Assembly: GCA_964610025.1 (NCBI GenBank) | Contig: CAZSTX010000005.1 | Location: 1 to 55,689, forward strand | DNA: 55,689 nucleotides | From: an uncultured Lentimicrobiaceae bacterium | Lineage (GTDB): Bacteria; Bacteroidota; Bacteroidia; Bacteroidales; WCHB1-69 | Direction of reading: 5' to 3' | Shown: positions 27,703 to 38,578 of the stretch, piece after piece | How positions within the stretch are numbered: position 1 is the stretch's first letter | Layout: each line of letters opens with the position of its first letter | Notes under the pieces: model-generated | Databases searched by the model: none | The model's input: only the letters and a program-made list of their open reading frames with translations | What the model was told of the DNA's origin: nothing | Translations under genes and position numbers: made by a program

Positions 27703-28797
27703 TCACACATTAAATCGAATATGTAAAATATCTCCATCTTTTATGAGATAGTTTTTCCCTTCTACTGTCATCTTTCCTGCTTTTTTACAATTAAGTTCAC
27801 TTCCGTATGCAATTAAATCGTCATATTTAATGACTTCTGCACGAATAAAACCTCTTTCTAAATCGCTATGTATAACACCTGCTGCTTGCGGTGCTAAGGT
27901 TCCTAATGGAATTGTCCATGCTCTATTTTCTTTCCCTCCCACTGTAAAAAACGATATGAGATTCAACAATTTATAAGATGCTTGCAACAACTTATTTACT
28001 CCCGGTTCTTTTAATCCAACATCTTCTAAAAAAACCATTTGGTCTTTTTCTTCTAACTCTGCTATTTCGGCTTCTAATTTTCCAGCTATTACTAACACAT
28101 GGGTATCAGTATCTTTAAAAAACTCCAACACCGAATCGGAATATTTATTTCCTGTTAATACCGATTTTTCATCTACATTACATACATAGAGAACAGGTTT
28201 ATCGGTCAACAACATCAAGTCTTCCACTACTTTTTTTTCATTATCAGGCAGTTGCAAAGTTCTTGAGTTTTGAAAATTTTCGAGATGTGTTTTATATTTT
28301 TGCAATACTTCTATCTGAAATCGTGCTTCTTTATCGCCTACTCTTAGTGCTTTCTCTACTTTTTGTATTTTACGTTCTATTTGTTCTAAATCTTTAATTT
28401 GAAGTTCTAAATCAATAGTTTCTATATCTCTGATAGGATTAATATTTCCATCTATATGTGGCAAATTAGCATCTTCATAGCAGCGTAATACATGAATAAG
28501 TGCATCGCATAAACGTATATCAGATAAAAAAGAATTCCCAATTCCTTCGCCAGCACTCGAACCTTTTGCTAATCCAGGAATGTCAATTATTTCGACAGTA
28601 GCATACACTAATTTTTCTGCTATAATGAGTTGATGTATCTTCTCTAATCGCTTATCGGGGACATTACAAATACCTATATTCGACTTCTCGGTACTAAAAG
28701 CAAAATTAGTTATTTGTGCTTTTGTTTTCGACATACAATTAAACAAAGTAGTCTTTCCAGCATTGGAAATACCGACAATACCACATTTTAATCCCAT
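27703..28797 (-). CDS. ychF: Redox-regulated ATPase YchF
   Basis: GIVG.SNAGKTT, DIPGLAKGSS.GEG.GN.FL, FFTVG, HSDLERGFIRAEV, TGS C-terminus. Confidence 0.95.
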   Translation of the reverse strand: MGLKCGIVGISNAGKTTLFNCMSKTKAQITNFAFSTEKSNIGICNVPDKRLEKIHQLIIAEKLVYATVEIIDIPGLAKGSSAGEGIGNSFLSDIRLCDALIHVLRCYEDANLPHIDGNINPIRDIETIDLELQIKDLEQIERKIQKVEKALRVGDKEARFQIEVLQKYKTHLENFQNSRTLQLPDNEKKVVEDLMLLTDKPVLYVCNVDEKSVLTGNKYSDSVLEFFKDTDTHVLVIAGKLEAEIAELEEKDQMVFLEDVGLKEPGVNKLLQASYKLLNLISFFTVGGKENRAWTIPLGTLAPQAAGVIHSDLERGFIRAEVIKYDDLIAYGSELNCKKAGKMTVEGKNYLIKDGDILHIRFNV

Positions 28798-28807
28798 AAA
28801 ACTATGT

Positions 28808-29053
28808 TTAGAAATCTAAATTAATATCTACAACCGATTTTATTTCCGGAAGATGTTTTTTTAAAGTTTTTTCTACACCATCTTTTAGTGTCATTCTGCT
28901 ATAAGGACAACTGCCACAAGCTCCTTGCAGTTCTACTTTCACTATATTATCAGGGGTTAATTCTACAAAGCGAATATTGCCTCCATCGGCTTGAAGATGA
29001 GGTCTTATTTGGTCAAGTATTTGAATTACTTTTTCTTCTAATGTCATTTCCAT
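28808..29053 (-). CDS. NifU/NfuA-type Fe-S scaffold protein
   Basis: IRPHLQADGG...GACGSCP. Start probably at 29053 or 29047 rather than 29125. TATTTTTG box at 29085-29092 (-). Confidence 0.9.
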   Translation of the reverse strand: MEMTLEEKVIQILDQIRPHLQADGGNIRFVELTPDNIVKVELQGACGSCPYSRMTLKDGVEKTLKKHLPEIKSVVDINLDF

Positions 29054-29211
29054 TTTAAAATAAATTTTAAATTTAAAATTTTTGCAAAAATACACGAAAA
29101 TACGAAACAATAGTAAATATTTCACTAAAAATTATAAATCTATTCTTATTTTATATTAGATAGCTCAAATTTATCGTTATAATAAATTAATTTTTCATAA
29201 AAAAATGAGAC

Positions 29212-29835
29212 ATGAATAATAGTTGGATTGAAAAATGGGATGAAAGATATAAGCAGAAAGAATTTGTTTATGGTAAAACACCCAATCTTTTCTTTAAAGA
29301 GCAAATTAGTAAACTAACTATAGGTTCTGCACTCTTTCCTGCTGAAGGAGAAGGACGCAATGCTGTGTTTGCTGCACAACTTGGCTGGGCGGTTGCTGCA
29401 TTCGATATTAGTAGCGAAGCAAAAAAGAAAGCTCTTTTATTAGCTAAGGAAAATAATGTGAAAATTGATTATCAAGTAGGTTGTATAGACACTGTAAACT
29501 ATAATCAATCCCAATTTGATGCAATAGTTCTAATTTATGCACATTTTGCTCCTAATATGCGTTCAGAAATACATAAAAAATTAAGTAATTATTTAAAAAC
29601 AAATGGACTAATAATATTAGAAGGGTTTAGTAAAAATCACACACAACACCAGCAAACAAACGAAAAAGTAGGTGGACCACGTAATAGCGAAGCATTATTT
29701 TCAATAGAAGAAATAAAAGCAGATTTTTATAACTACAACATCATACAATTAACAAAATCAGAAGTCTATCTAAATGAAGGCATTAGTCACAATGGTTACA
29801 GTTCTGTTATTAGATTTATAGGTCAAAAAAAGTAA
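29212..29835 (+). CDS. Class I SAM-dependent methyltransferase
   Basis: WDERY...YGKTPN...PAEGEGRNAVF...FDIS. Confidence 0.85.
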   Translation: MNNSWIEKWDERYKQKEFVYGKTPNLFFKEQISKLTIGSALFPAEGEGRNAVFAAQLGWAVAAFDISSEAKKKALLLAKENNVKIDYQVGCIDTVNYNQSQFDAIVLIYAHFAPNMRSEIHKKLSNYLKTNGLIILEGFSKNHTQHQQTNEKVGGPRNSEALFSIEEIKADFYNYNIIQLTKSEVYLNEGISHNGYSSVIRFIGQKK

Positions 29836-29937
29836 TTTTTCATATTATCATTAAAGATAGTAATTATTATGATAATTTTGCAAAAAAAAATACCATACTA
29901 TTAAACAATAAAAACACTCCAAAATAAAATAATAATT

Positions 29938-32094
29938 ATGATAGATTTTTTCAGTAAATTAACTCAAGAATTTATGTTACCATTAGAAAATCCTATTTTA
30001 GTTTTTTCATTGGTATTATTTATTATATTATTATCTCCCATTGTTTTAAAAAGATTTAATATTCCTGGAATAATAGGTTTAATTATAGCTGGCGTTATTA
30101 TTGGACCTCATGGATTATATATTTTAGAAAAAAACTCGGCTGTCGACCTTTTTTCTACCATAGGTCTTTTGTATATAATGTTTATTGCTGGATTAGAATT
30201 AGATTTAAATGAATTTAAAGCCAATAAATACAAAAGTCTTTTATTTGGCATATTAACTTTTATTTTACCCTTATCCATCGGATTTCCCGTATGTCATTAT
30301 TTATTAGGATATGATTTTAATGCAAGTTTTCTTACTGCCAGCATGTTTGCCACTCACACATTGGTAGCTTATCCGATAGTAAGTAAATTAGGTGTGTCTA
30401 AAAATCAAGCAGTAGCTGTTACCGTAGGGGGAACAATTCTAACCGACACAGCAGTACTTATTATTTTAGCCGTTATTATGGGGAAAAGCCAAGGTTCTTT
30501 AAGTCAAGAATTTTGGATAAAACTTGGCATATCATTAGCTATTTTTACAGCTATTATGTTTTTAATTATTCCCCGTGTAGCTAAATGGTTTTTTCGCAAA
30601 TTAGAAAGTGAAAAACACTCCCATTATATTTTTGTATTATCAGTTGTCTTTTTTGCTGCATTTTTAGCTGAAGTAGCTGGCGTAGAACCTATTATTGGAG
30701 CTTTTGTAGCAGGTTTAGCACTCAACAAACTCATTCCCAACTCTTCTGCTTTAATGAATCGCATCGAATTTATGGGCAATTCATTATTCATACCTTTTTT
30801 TCTGATTAGTGTAGGAATGATAGTAGACGTAAGCGTTATTTTAAGTGGACCTATGGCTATTATAATAGCTATTACGCTTTCGGTAGTAGCTATTACTGGA
30901 AAGTGGGTAGCAGCCTTATTTACTCAATTATTTTTCAGGTACTCCAAAGTGCAACGTCAACTTATATTTGGACTTAGCAGTGCGCACGCAGCAGCCACTC
31001 TCGCTGTTATATTAGTAGGTCACAGAGCTGGTATTATTGACGATAATATACTTAACGGGACCATTATTCTTATTTTAATTACTTGTATCATTGCTTCGTT
31101 TGCAACCGAAAAAGCAGGAAAAAAACTCATTATCCAATCGGACGATGAAGAAACAAGTGTAGTAAAAACAAACACTACAAAAAGTGAACACATTCTCTTA
31201 CCTATTGAAAACGTAACAAATATTGAGAAAATTGAAAAAATATTGGAATTTGCTATTTTTATTAAAGATAAAAAATCTGCACATCCTATATCGGTACTTA
31301 CTGTTGTATCTAACGACAATGAAGCTGAAATCAATATAGTTAAAGCAAGAAATAAATTAGAAGATTTTGTACGTCATGCCTCTGCTTCCGAAACCAAAGT
31401 TAGTGTGATTACTACTATCGACCATAATCCAGGAAGTGGTATCGGACGCATTTCGCGAGAAATCATGGCTGATATTATCGTTTTAGGCTGGCCTTCGCGT
31501 ACAGGATTTATTGATAAATTAATTGGTGAAAAAATAGATAATATTTTAACCAATACCGATAAAACTATTTACGTATGCCATTTAGAGAAGCCTTTAATCT
31601 TACATAAAAGAATTATTATTACCATTCCACCTTTGGCAGAACATGAAAATGGATTTAAATTGTGGTTTATAAATATGGCAAAATTAGCACAAGAACTTAG
31701 TATATCCATTCAACTTTATTCTAATGAATCGACACAGAAAGCCATCGATAGACTATATAAAAAGAATAAATTAACGGCAAGTATGAATAAATATATTTTT
31801 GCCGAATGGGACGACTTCTTAATCCTATCTAGAAATATTCATGAAGACGACCTTATTGTTTTAGTCTCCGCTCGAAAAGGAGCAACTTCTTATCTAAGCA
31901 TCATGGATAAATTACCTTGGAAATTAGAAAAATATTTCAAAACTAACAGTAGATTAATAATTTATCCCCAACATTTTAGTGGAGACAACTTTTTCGACCA
32001 ATACCATGATGTAACAGGTGTTCCTTTAAATAAAGGAATAGAAGCTATGCAAAAAATTGGGAAAGAAATTGGATCTATTTTTACAAAAAAATAA
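29938..32094 (+). CDS. Cation:proton antiporter (CPA2) with C-terminal USP-like region
   Basis: About 12 TM segments (GLLYIMFIAGLE, IIGAFVAG), followed by a soluble ~300 aa tail. Confidence 0.88.
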   Translation: MIDFFSKLTQEFMLPLENPILVFSLVLFIILLSPIVLKRFNIPGIIGLIIAGVIIGPHGLYILEKNSAVDLFSTIGLLYIMFIAGLELDLNEFKANKYKSLLFGILTFILPLSIGFPVCHYLLGYDFNASFLTASMFATHTLVAYPIVSKLGVSKNQAVAVTVGGTILTDTAVLIILAVIMGKSQGSLSQEFWIKLGISLAIFTAIMFLIIPRVAKWFFRKLESEKHSHYIFVLSVVFFAAFLAEVAGVEPIIGAFVAGLALNKLIPNSSALMNRIEFMGNSLFIPFFLISVGMIVDVSVILSGPMAIIIAITLSVVAITGKWVAALFTQLFFRYSKVQRQLIFGLSSAHAAATLAVILVGHRAGIIDDNILNGTIILILITCIIASFATEKAGKKLIIQSDDEETSVVKTNTTKSEHILLPIENVTNIEKIEKILEFAIFIKDKKSAHPISVLTVVSNDNEAEINIVKARNKLEDFVRHASASETKVSVITTIDHNPGSGIGRISREIMADIIVLGWPSRTGFIDKLIGEKIDNILTNTDKTIYVCHLEKPLILHKRIIITIPPLAEHENGFKLWFINMAKLAQELSISIQLYSNESTQKAIDRLYKKNKLTASMNKYIFAEWDDFLILSRNIHEDDLIVLVSARKGATSYLSIMDKLPWKLEKYFKTNSRLIIYPQHFSGDNFFDQYHDVTGVPLNKGIEAMQKIGKEIGSIFTKK

Positions 32095-32349
32095 CATTTT
32101 TACTGTTCTATTTAGTTTTATAGTACTCTATTTTCTTTGCTAACCAACTCTTATATTACATTAACTTTATTAGCTTTTGACAAATGATTCATAAACACTA
32201 TCCCATTTGTATAAAAATATTTAAGTTTATTTTTTCGCATACCTAAAAGCAAAAAAACAAATATTTCATTTACAAGATTTGACTTTATGTTTTTTTATAC
32301 TTTTGTATGATAAAAATATAGGAATAATTTTTTAATAAAATAATTAAAA

Positions 32350-34659
32350 TTGAAGGCATTATTTGAAGAACTCAATAACGAACAAAAAAAAGCAGTATCT
32401 CACATCAATGGAGCTATGATGGTAATAGCTGGAGCAGGTTCTGGTAAAACGCGTGTTTTAACACATCGTATTGCCTATATGATTACACAAGGTGTCAATC
32501 CATTTGAAATACTCAGCCTGACCTTTACCAATAAAGCTGCTGCAGAAATGAAGGAAAGAATTATGACATTACTCAATAATACTATAGGACGTAATGTTTG
32601 GATGGGAACTTTTCATTCTATTTTTAATAAAATATTGCATATAGAATCAGAATATTTGGGTTTTTCTAAAAATTTTACGGTTTATAATCAAGACGACAGC
32701 AAAAATTTAATAAAGACAATTATAAAAGAAAAAAAATTAGACGACAAACAATACCGCCCTTCTGTAGTTCAAAGCATCATATCAAATGTAAAAGCTAATT
32801 TAATATCTCCCGAAGAATACAATAATAATTCTTTAATATACAAAGAAAATCAGGCTAAAAGATTAGACATGTTAGGCGATATCTATACAACCTATAATCA
32901 GCGATTAAAACGTATAGATGCAATGGATTTTGACGATTTGCTCTTTAATATGTACGTCTTATTAAGAGATTTTCCCGACATGCTTTACAAATACCAACAT
33001 AAATTCAAATACATATTAGTAGATGAATACCAAGACACGAACTACGTACAGTATCAAATTGTAAAAAAATTAGCCGCCTTGCATGAAAACATCTGCGTTG
33101 TTGGCGATGATGCACAAAGCATTTACGCATTTAGAGGTGCTAACATTCAAAATATTATAAATTTTAAAGAAGATTATCCTGATTGTAAATTATTTAAATT
33201 AGAACAAAATTATCGTTCCACTAAAACAATACTGCACGCTGCTAATGCTGTTATTAAAAACAACCAAGAGCAAATACATAAAACCATATGGACAGCTAAT
33301 GATGAAGGAAAAAAAATAAAAATAATAGAATGCCTTAGCGAAGCAGATGAAGCACAAAAAGTGATAGACTCTATCGTTTATTATAAAGAAAATAAAACAT
33401 TAACATACAAAGATTTCAGTATTTTATATCGTACCAATGCTCAATCGCGAGCTTTTGAAGAAGTGTGCATCAGAAAAGGAATACCCTATCGTATTTATGG
33501 TGGAAAATCTTTTTATCAACGCAAAGAAATAAAAGACATATTAGCATATTATCGCTTGACAGTCAATTTTAAAGATGATGAATCTTTACGGCGTATTATC
33601 AATTATCCACAAAGAGGTATTGGAACAACTACTATGGATAAAATAATGGCTGTGGCAAACGACAATAATTGTTCAATATGGGAAATTATTTCTCAACCAG
33701 AAAAATATTACAACATTCTCAATCAAGGAACTTGGAATAAACTAAACAATTTTGTAGACAAAATTAAAAGTTTTCATTTTTTATTAGACCAAAAAGATGC
33801 TTTTGAATTAGGAAAATACATTGCTGATAAAAGCGGCATAACAGAAGAATTAAAAGCATTAACAGAAGAAAAAGAACGCTACGAAAATCTTGGCGAATTA
33901 TTCAATGCAATGAAAGATTTTACTGAAAGAACACCCGAAAATACCATCGATTTCGAAACAGGCGAAGACCTGAGCAATTATTTTCCTTCTATCAACCGTT
34001 TTTTAGACGAAGTTGTGCTTCTTACCGATGCCGACGAAGAAGATAAAACAAATAGTAACAAAGTAAAACTCATGACTATACATGCTTCAAAAGGCTTGGA
34101 ATTTCCTTATGTTTATATAGTAGGATTAGAAGAAAATTTATTCCCATCTCACATGGTTAGTAGTCATTCTGAAATGGAAGAAGAACGAAGATTGTTTTAT
34201 GTAGCCATTACACGAACAAAAGAACACCTCACTTTATCTTACGCTAGAAGTCGTTTTGTTTTTGGTACTATCAATTATGCTACTCCAAGCTCTTTTCTTA
34301 AGGAAATAGACACGCGTCTTATCGAAAAAATGTACACTTCATTTAATCAATCATCTGTTATTTATAAAACTAAAATTCAAAAAACTACTAACACATTTCC
34401 CCCAAAAATTACTACTATAAACAAAAAAGAAGCACAAGAAGTATCACAAATAAAATCAACAATAGCATTAGGAGCTGAAATTGAACATTTAAAACAGTTA
34501 AAAGTAGGCATGAAAGTATTTCATGATAAATTTGGACTAGGTAAAATTGAAGAACTAATAGAAGATGGAGCTAATAGTAAAACCATTATTTCTTTTGAAA
34601 AATTTGGAACAAAAACAATGCTACTACGCTTTGCTAAACTAAAAATTGTCAATCAATAA
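32350..34659 (+). CDS. uvrD: UvrD/PcrA superfamily 1 DNA helicase
   Basis: AGAGSGKT, TFTNKAA, VDEYQD, LEQNYRS, TIHASKGLEF, EERRLFYVA. TTG start. Confidence 0.95.
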   Translation: MKALFEELNNEQKKAVSHINGAMMVIAGAGSGKTRVLTHRIAYMITQGVNPFEILSLTFTNKAAAEMKERIMTLLNNTIGRNVWMGTFHSIFNKILHIESEYLGFSKNFTVYNQDDSKNLIKTIIKEKKLDDKQYRPSVVQSIISNVKANLISPEEYNNNSLIYKENQAKRLDMLGDIYTTYNQRLKRIDAMDFDDLLFNMYVLLRDFPDMLYKYQHKFKYILVDEYQDTNYVQYQIVKKLAALHENICVVGDDAQSIYAFRGANIQNIINFKEDYPDCKLFKLEQNYRSTKTILHAANAVIKNNQEQIHKTIWTANDEGKKIKIIECLSEADEAQKVIDSIVYYKENKTLTYKDFSILYRTNAQSRAFEEVCIRKGIPYRIYGGKSFYQRKEIKDILAYYRLTVNFKDDESLRRIINYPQRGIGTTTMDKIMAVANDNNCSIWEIISQPEKYYNILNQGTWNKLNNFVDKIKSFHFLLDQKDAFELGKYIADKSGITEELKALTEEKERYENLGELFNAMKDFTERTPENTIDFETGEDLSNYFPSINRFLDEVVLLTDADEEDKTNSNKVKLMTIHASKGLEFPYVYIVGLEENLFPSHMVSSHSEMEEERRLFYVAITRTKEHLTLSYARSRFVFGTINYATPSSFLKEIDTRLIEKMYTSFNQSSVIYKTKIQKTTNTFPPKITTINKKEAQEVSQIKSTIALGAEIEHLKQLKVGMKVFHDKFGLGKIEELIEDGANSKTIISFEKFGTKTMLLRFAKLKIVNQ

Positions 34660-34660
34660 T

Positions 34661-35425
34661 ATGGAGTTATCACACATTATTCTATTAATAATTTCTGGAT
34701 TATTAGTAGGATTTATTAATACTTTAGCAGGAGGAGGAACTATTATTTCTATTTCCTTATTTATGTTATTAGGACTTCCCCCTATGGTTGCCAACGGAAC
34801 AAATCGAATAGCCATATTTTTACAAAATTTAGTAGCAGTTACTAATTATTCTAAAAAGAAAATTTTAAACATACGCAATTCTTTTAAATATGCCATTCCA
34901 GTCGCAGCAGGTTCTATTATCGGAGGAAATATAGTTATCACATTCAATGAGAACACTTTTAATTATTTTTTTTTAGTAATTATAGTCTTTATGATTGTGA
35001 TGATTTTATTAAAACCTACTATTTGGCTAAAAGAAAACTCTATAAAAATCAAAACTCCTTTTAGTATATTTCAATGGATAATCTTTTTTATCATTGGTAT
35101 TTACGGTGGCTTGATTCATGTTGGAATAGGGTATTTTTTAATAGCAATGGTTGTATTAATGCGAGGCTATGATTTATTAAAAGCCAATGCTATAAAAAAT
35201 CTTATTGTACTTATTTACGTTCCATTTTCTCTTATTCCATTTATTACTCATCAACAAGTACGCTACGACTACGGATTAGTACATGCTGCTGGAAATATGA
35301 TTGGTGCTTACATTGCATCAAAATGGGCGTCGCAATTAGGAAGTAAATTTATTCGATATGTGCTTTTAGTCTTGCTTATCATTTCATGCCTTCAAGTTCT
35401 AAGCATGTTTTATTTTAACAAATAA
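34661..35425 (+). CDS. Sulfite exporter TauE/SafE family protein
   Basis: GFINTLAGGG, ANGTN, GIYGG, multiple TM segments. Start at 34661 just after the uvrD stop. Confidence 0.88.
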   Translation: MELSHIILLIISGLLVGFINTLAGGGTIISISLFMLLGLPPMVANGTNRIAIFLQNLVAVTNYSKKKILNIRNSFKYAIPVAAGSIIGGNIVITFNENTFNYFFLVIIVFMIVMILLKPTIWLKENSIKIKTPFSIFQWIIFFIIGIYGGLIHVGIGYFLIAMVVLMRGYDLLKANAIKNLIVLIYVPFSLIPFITHQQVRYDYGLVHAAGNMIGAYIASKWASQLGSKFIRYVLLVLLIISCLQVLSMFYFNK

Positions 35426-35523
35426 TTTCCTTTTATAAGTTCTTTCATATTAAATATGAATTTATTTTGATTTTTAATCAATATTTAGTATTTTTGCAAA
35501 TTGATATAAAAAACATATCTTAT

Positions 35524-36072
35524 ATGAATAAAACATTACAAGAATTTGATAGTGTTATAAATATATGCAAAGATATATTTATAAAAAAAATGCATGATTA
35601 TGGAACTGCGTGGCGAATATTACGTCTTACCTCCATTACCGACCAAATATACATAAAAGCACAACGCATTAGAAGTATCGAAGAAAAAGGAGTGCATAAA
35701 GTAGCAGAAGGAATTTTTCCCGAATTTATTGGCATTGTCAACTACGCAATAATGGCACAAATACAACTCAAATTAGAAGCAAATGCAACAAACAATTCCA
35801 ATATATCCCAAGATGAAATCATTCAACTATATGACTATTACGTCTCGAAAGGAAAAGAATTGCTTACAAATAAAAATCACGATTATGACGAAGCATGGCG
35901 TAATATGAGAATAAGTTCTTATACAGACATTATATTAATGAAACTTTTAAGAATAAAACAAATCGAAGATATTAAAGAAAACACCATTGTATCTGAAGGG
36001 TTAGATGCTAACTATTACGATATTTTTAATTACGCTATTTTTGCCCTTATTAAATTAAACGATAACATTTAA
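35524..36072 (+). CDS. DUF1599 (nucleotide modification associated domain 1) protein, tandem domains
   Basis: Two copies of the KxHDY.xAWR motif (KMHDYGTAWR, KNHDYDEAWR). ATG at 35524 preferred. Confidence 0.85.
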   Translation: MNKTLQEFDSVINICKDIFIKKMHDYGTAWRILRLTSITDQIYIKAQRIRSIEEKGVHKVAEGIFPEFIGIVNYAIMAQIQLKLEANATNNSNISQDEIIQLYDYYVSKGKELLTNKNHDYDEAWRNMRISSYTDIILMKLLRIKQIEDIKENTIVSEGLDANYYDIFNYAIFALIKLNDNI

Positions 36073-36083
36073 AATTTACATAT

Positions 36084-37424
36084 ATGAGTTATATAAGAAA
36101 ACAACGTAAAGATATTCTCTATTATTTAAGAGAATTTTCACGCCTATTTATGGGAATATTATTTGTATTCTCTGGCTATGTTAAAGGAGTAGACCCTTAT
36201 GGATTTTCAATAAAATTAGAAGAATACCTTATCTCATTTGGATTAGATTTCTTCACACCTTTAGCAATGTTGATGGCTATAGCAGCTATAACTGTTGAGT
36301 TTTTAATTGGAATTGCATTGATTGTCAATTTTAAAATGCGATTTACCTCATGGATATTATTGCTTTTTATGTTGTTTTTTACTTTTCTCACCTTCTGGTT
36401 AGCCTATGCTTTAGATATCGTCAATCTATACAACACCATTTTTCATAAATCATTAAAAATATTTGTCGTAACTGACTGTGGCTGCTTTGGCGATTTTGTT
36501 ACTTTAAGCAACAAACAAACATTTTATAAAAATGTAGTATTCATGTTGTTTACACTCGTTATTTTTGTACAAAACAACAAATACAAGCAAAACAAATCAG
36601 CTTTAATAAAACAATGGACAGCCTTAATAATAAGTCTTATTGTTGTATTATTTATACAAATATACTGCTTACGTCATGAACCATGGCATGATTTTCGTCC
36701 TTGGTATAAAGGTAATTTTATAGCAGCAGAAACTTATTCTGAAGCTCCTGAAATGGATTTTATTTTCATATATAAAAACACTACAAACAACAACATTGTC
36801 GAATATACTACTGATGAATTGATGGCTATTACAGAAAATGAAGCTGCAAATGAGGAGTTTGAAAACAAATATATTTATGTCGACAGAAAAGATAAAATAA
36901 TAAAAAAAGGAACAGAAGCAACATTATCAGATTTTGAACTAAAAGATTTAAGTCAACAAATTGATTTAAAAGAAAACATCATCGAACAAAAAGGATATCA
37001 TTTTATATTATTTATTAGAAACATAAAAAGTGCTTCTTTAAAAAACTTAGATAAAATTAACGATTTTGCCAATCAATGTATCAATGAAAACATTCCTTTC
37101 ATTGCAGTTACAAGCTCTCTGCCCGAAGAAGTAGAAGCATTAAAACAAAAATACAATATCGAATTTCATTTTTACTATAGTGACGAAACACCTTTAAAAA
37201 CTGCCGTTCGCAATAATCCTGGATTAATCTTATTAAAAGACGGATACGTAATAGACAAATGGAGCTACCGCGACATTCCAAGTTTCGATAAATTTAAAAA
37301 CACCATTCCTAAATATAATGTAAAACTACAAAAATATAAGACTAAAATGCCACCCATACTTCCCAATGGTACAAATTTAGACTCAATCAATTATCCTACA
37401 AAAGAAACCATTTCAAACGAATGA
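36084..37424 (+). CDS. DoxX/MauE-family membrane protein with thioredoxin-like C-terminus (BT_3928-like)
   Basis: SGYVKGVDPYGF...DCGCFGD...DFRPW...NPGLILLKDG. Confidence 0.75.
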   Translation: MSYIRKQRKDILYYLREFSRLFMGILFVFSGYVKGVDPYGFSIKLEEYLISFGLDFFTPLAMLMAIAAITVEFLIGIALIVNFKMRFTSWILLLFMLFFTFLTFWLAYALDIVNLYNTIFHKSLKIFVVTDCGCFGDFVTLSNKQTFYKNVVFMLFTLVIFVQNNKYKQNKSALIKQWTALIISLIVVLFIQIYCLRHEPWHDFRPWYKGNFIAAETYSEAPEMDFIFIYKNTTNNNIVEYTTDELMAITENEAANEEFENKYIYVDRKDKIIKKGTEATLSDFELKDLSQQIDLKENIIEQKGYHFILFIRNIKSASLKNLDKINDFANQCINENIPFIAVTSSLPEEVEALKQKYNIEFHFYYSDETPLKTAVRNNPGLILLKDGYVIDKWSYRDIPSFDKFKNTIPKYNVKLQKYKTKMPPILPNGTNLDSINYPTKETISNE

Positions 37425-38275
37425 CTAATTTAGAAAAACATATTAAAGACTACTTTTTAAACTTTATCACTTCTGAAGATGAGATGATAAAAACAATTAA
37501 TTTTATACAATCAGAAACAGAAGATTATATAAAAAAACATCAATTAAAATCTTTAATATTAGGTATATCAGGAGGAATTGATAGCGCCTTTGCTGCAGCC
37601 TTGTTAAAACCTGTTTGTGATAAAAATAATATTCCATTAATAGGAAGATCAATCAGTATTGAAACAAACAAAAAAGACGAAATTGAACGTTCTATTTTAA
37701 TAGGAGAAAATTTTTGTCATGACTTTCAACATTTAGATTACGCTTCCTTATTTCAAAATCACAAAATTTTACTTCCAAATTTAGACAATACATTAAAATC
37801 TAGATTAAGAATAGGCAACTGCAAAGCAAGACTACGTATGATTGCTTTATACGATTTAGCACAACTCCACTCAGGAATTGTAATTTCAACAGATAATTTT
37901 ACCGAATATTTAATAGGCTTTTGGACATTACATGGCGATGTAGGAGATTATGCTCCCTTTTGCCACTTATGGAAAACAGAAATTTACTTCGCAGCTAAAA
38001 TATTAATGAAAAAACTAAATAATTCTTCCAAGAATGCAATCGATTTATGTATAAAAGCAACCCCTACAGATGGGCTAGGAATAGGAAATTCCGACTTTGA
38101 ACAATTAGGTGTTAACAGCTACGAAGAAGTAGACAAGCTATTTTATAGCTACTTTAAAGGAGATAAAACTATTAAAAACCATATACTTATCAAAAAATAT
38201 GAAACTACTTTTTACAAAAGAAACAGTCCTATTATTATTAAGAGAGAAAAAATTACAAGAAAAATAAAACAATAA
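37421..38275 (+). CDS. nadE: NH3-dependent NAD+ synthetase (single domain)
   Basis: LGISGGIDSA, GNCKARLRM, STDNFTE..GFWTLHGD, PTDGL. No glutaminase domain. Confidence 0.88.
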   Translation: MTNLEKHIKDYFLNFITSEDEMIKTINFIQSETEDYIKKHQLKSLILGISGGIDSAFAAALLKPVCDKNNIPLIGRSISIETNKKDEIERSILIGENFCHDFQHLDYASLFQNHKILLPNLDNTLKSRLRIGNCKARLRMIALYDLAQLHSGIVISTDNFTEYLIGFWTLHGDVGDYAPFCHLWKTEIYFAAKILMKKLNNSSKNAIDLCIKATPTDGLGIGNSDFEQLGVNSYEEVDKLFYSYFKGDKTIKNHILIKKYETTFYKRNSPIIIKREKITRKIKQ

Positions 38276-38578
38276 AACTATCTGATTATTAAGTATATAT
38301 ATAAAATTCAAATATTTAAATCTATTTTAAATTACTGTACAAACTTATGATTAACAATAATATATGTATATTACAAACGAAAATCAACAATAGAAAGTTA
38401 AAAATGCTAACATTAAAGAGTTTATTACTAAAATATATTTTAGTACTTTTGCTTTTTAAATGAAGATTTTTTTTTGAAATTAAAAAAAAATGAAACTTTA
38501 TAAAAGGATATGGAGTATAAGAATAGAAAGTTGCAAAAACATAGATCAAATAATGTTGTCTACAAGAAAATAAAAAAT

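Noticed and set aside
27703-28797. Non-canonical YchF P-loop (GISNAGKTT)
   Set aside because: Key Gly/Lys/Thr residues and all other motifs are intact, so this is treated as ordinary divergence.
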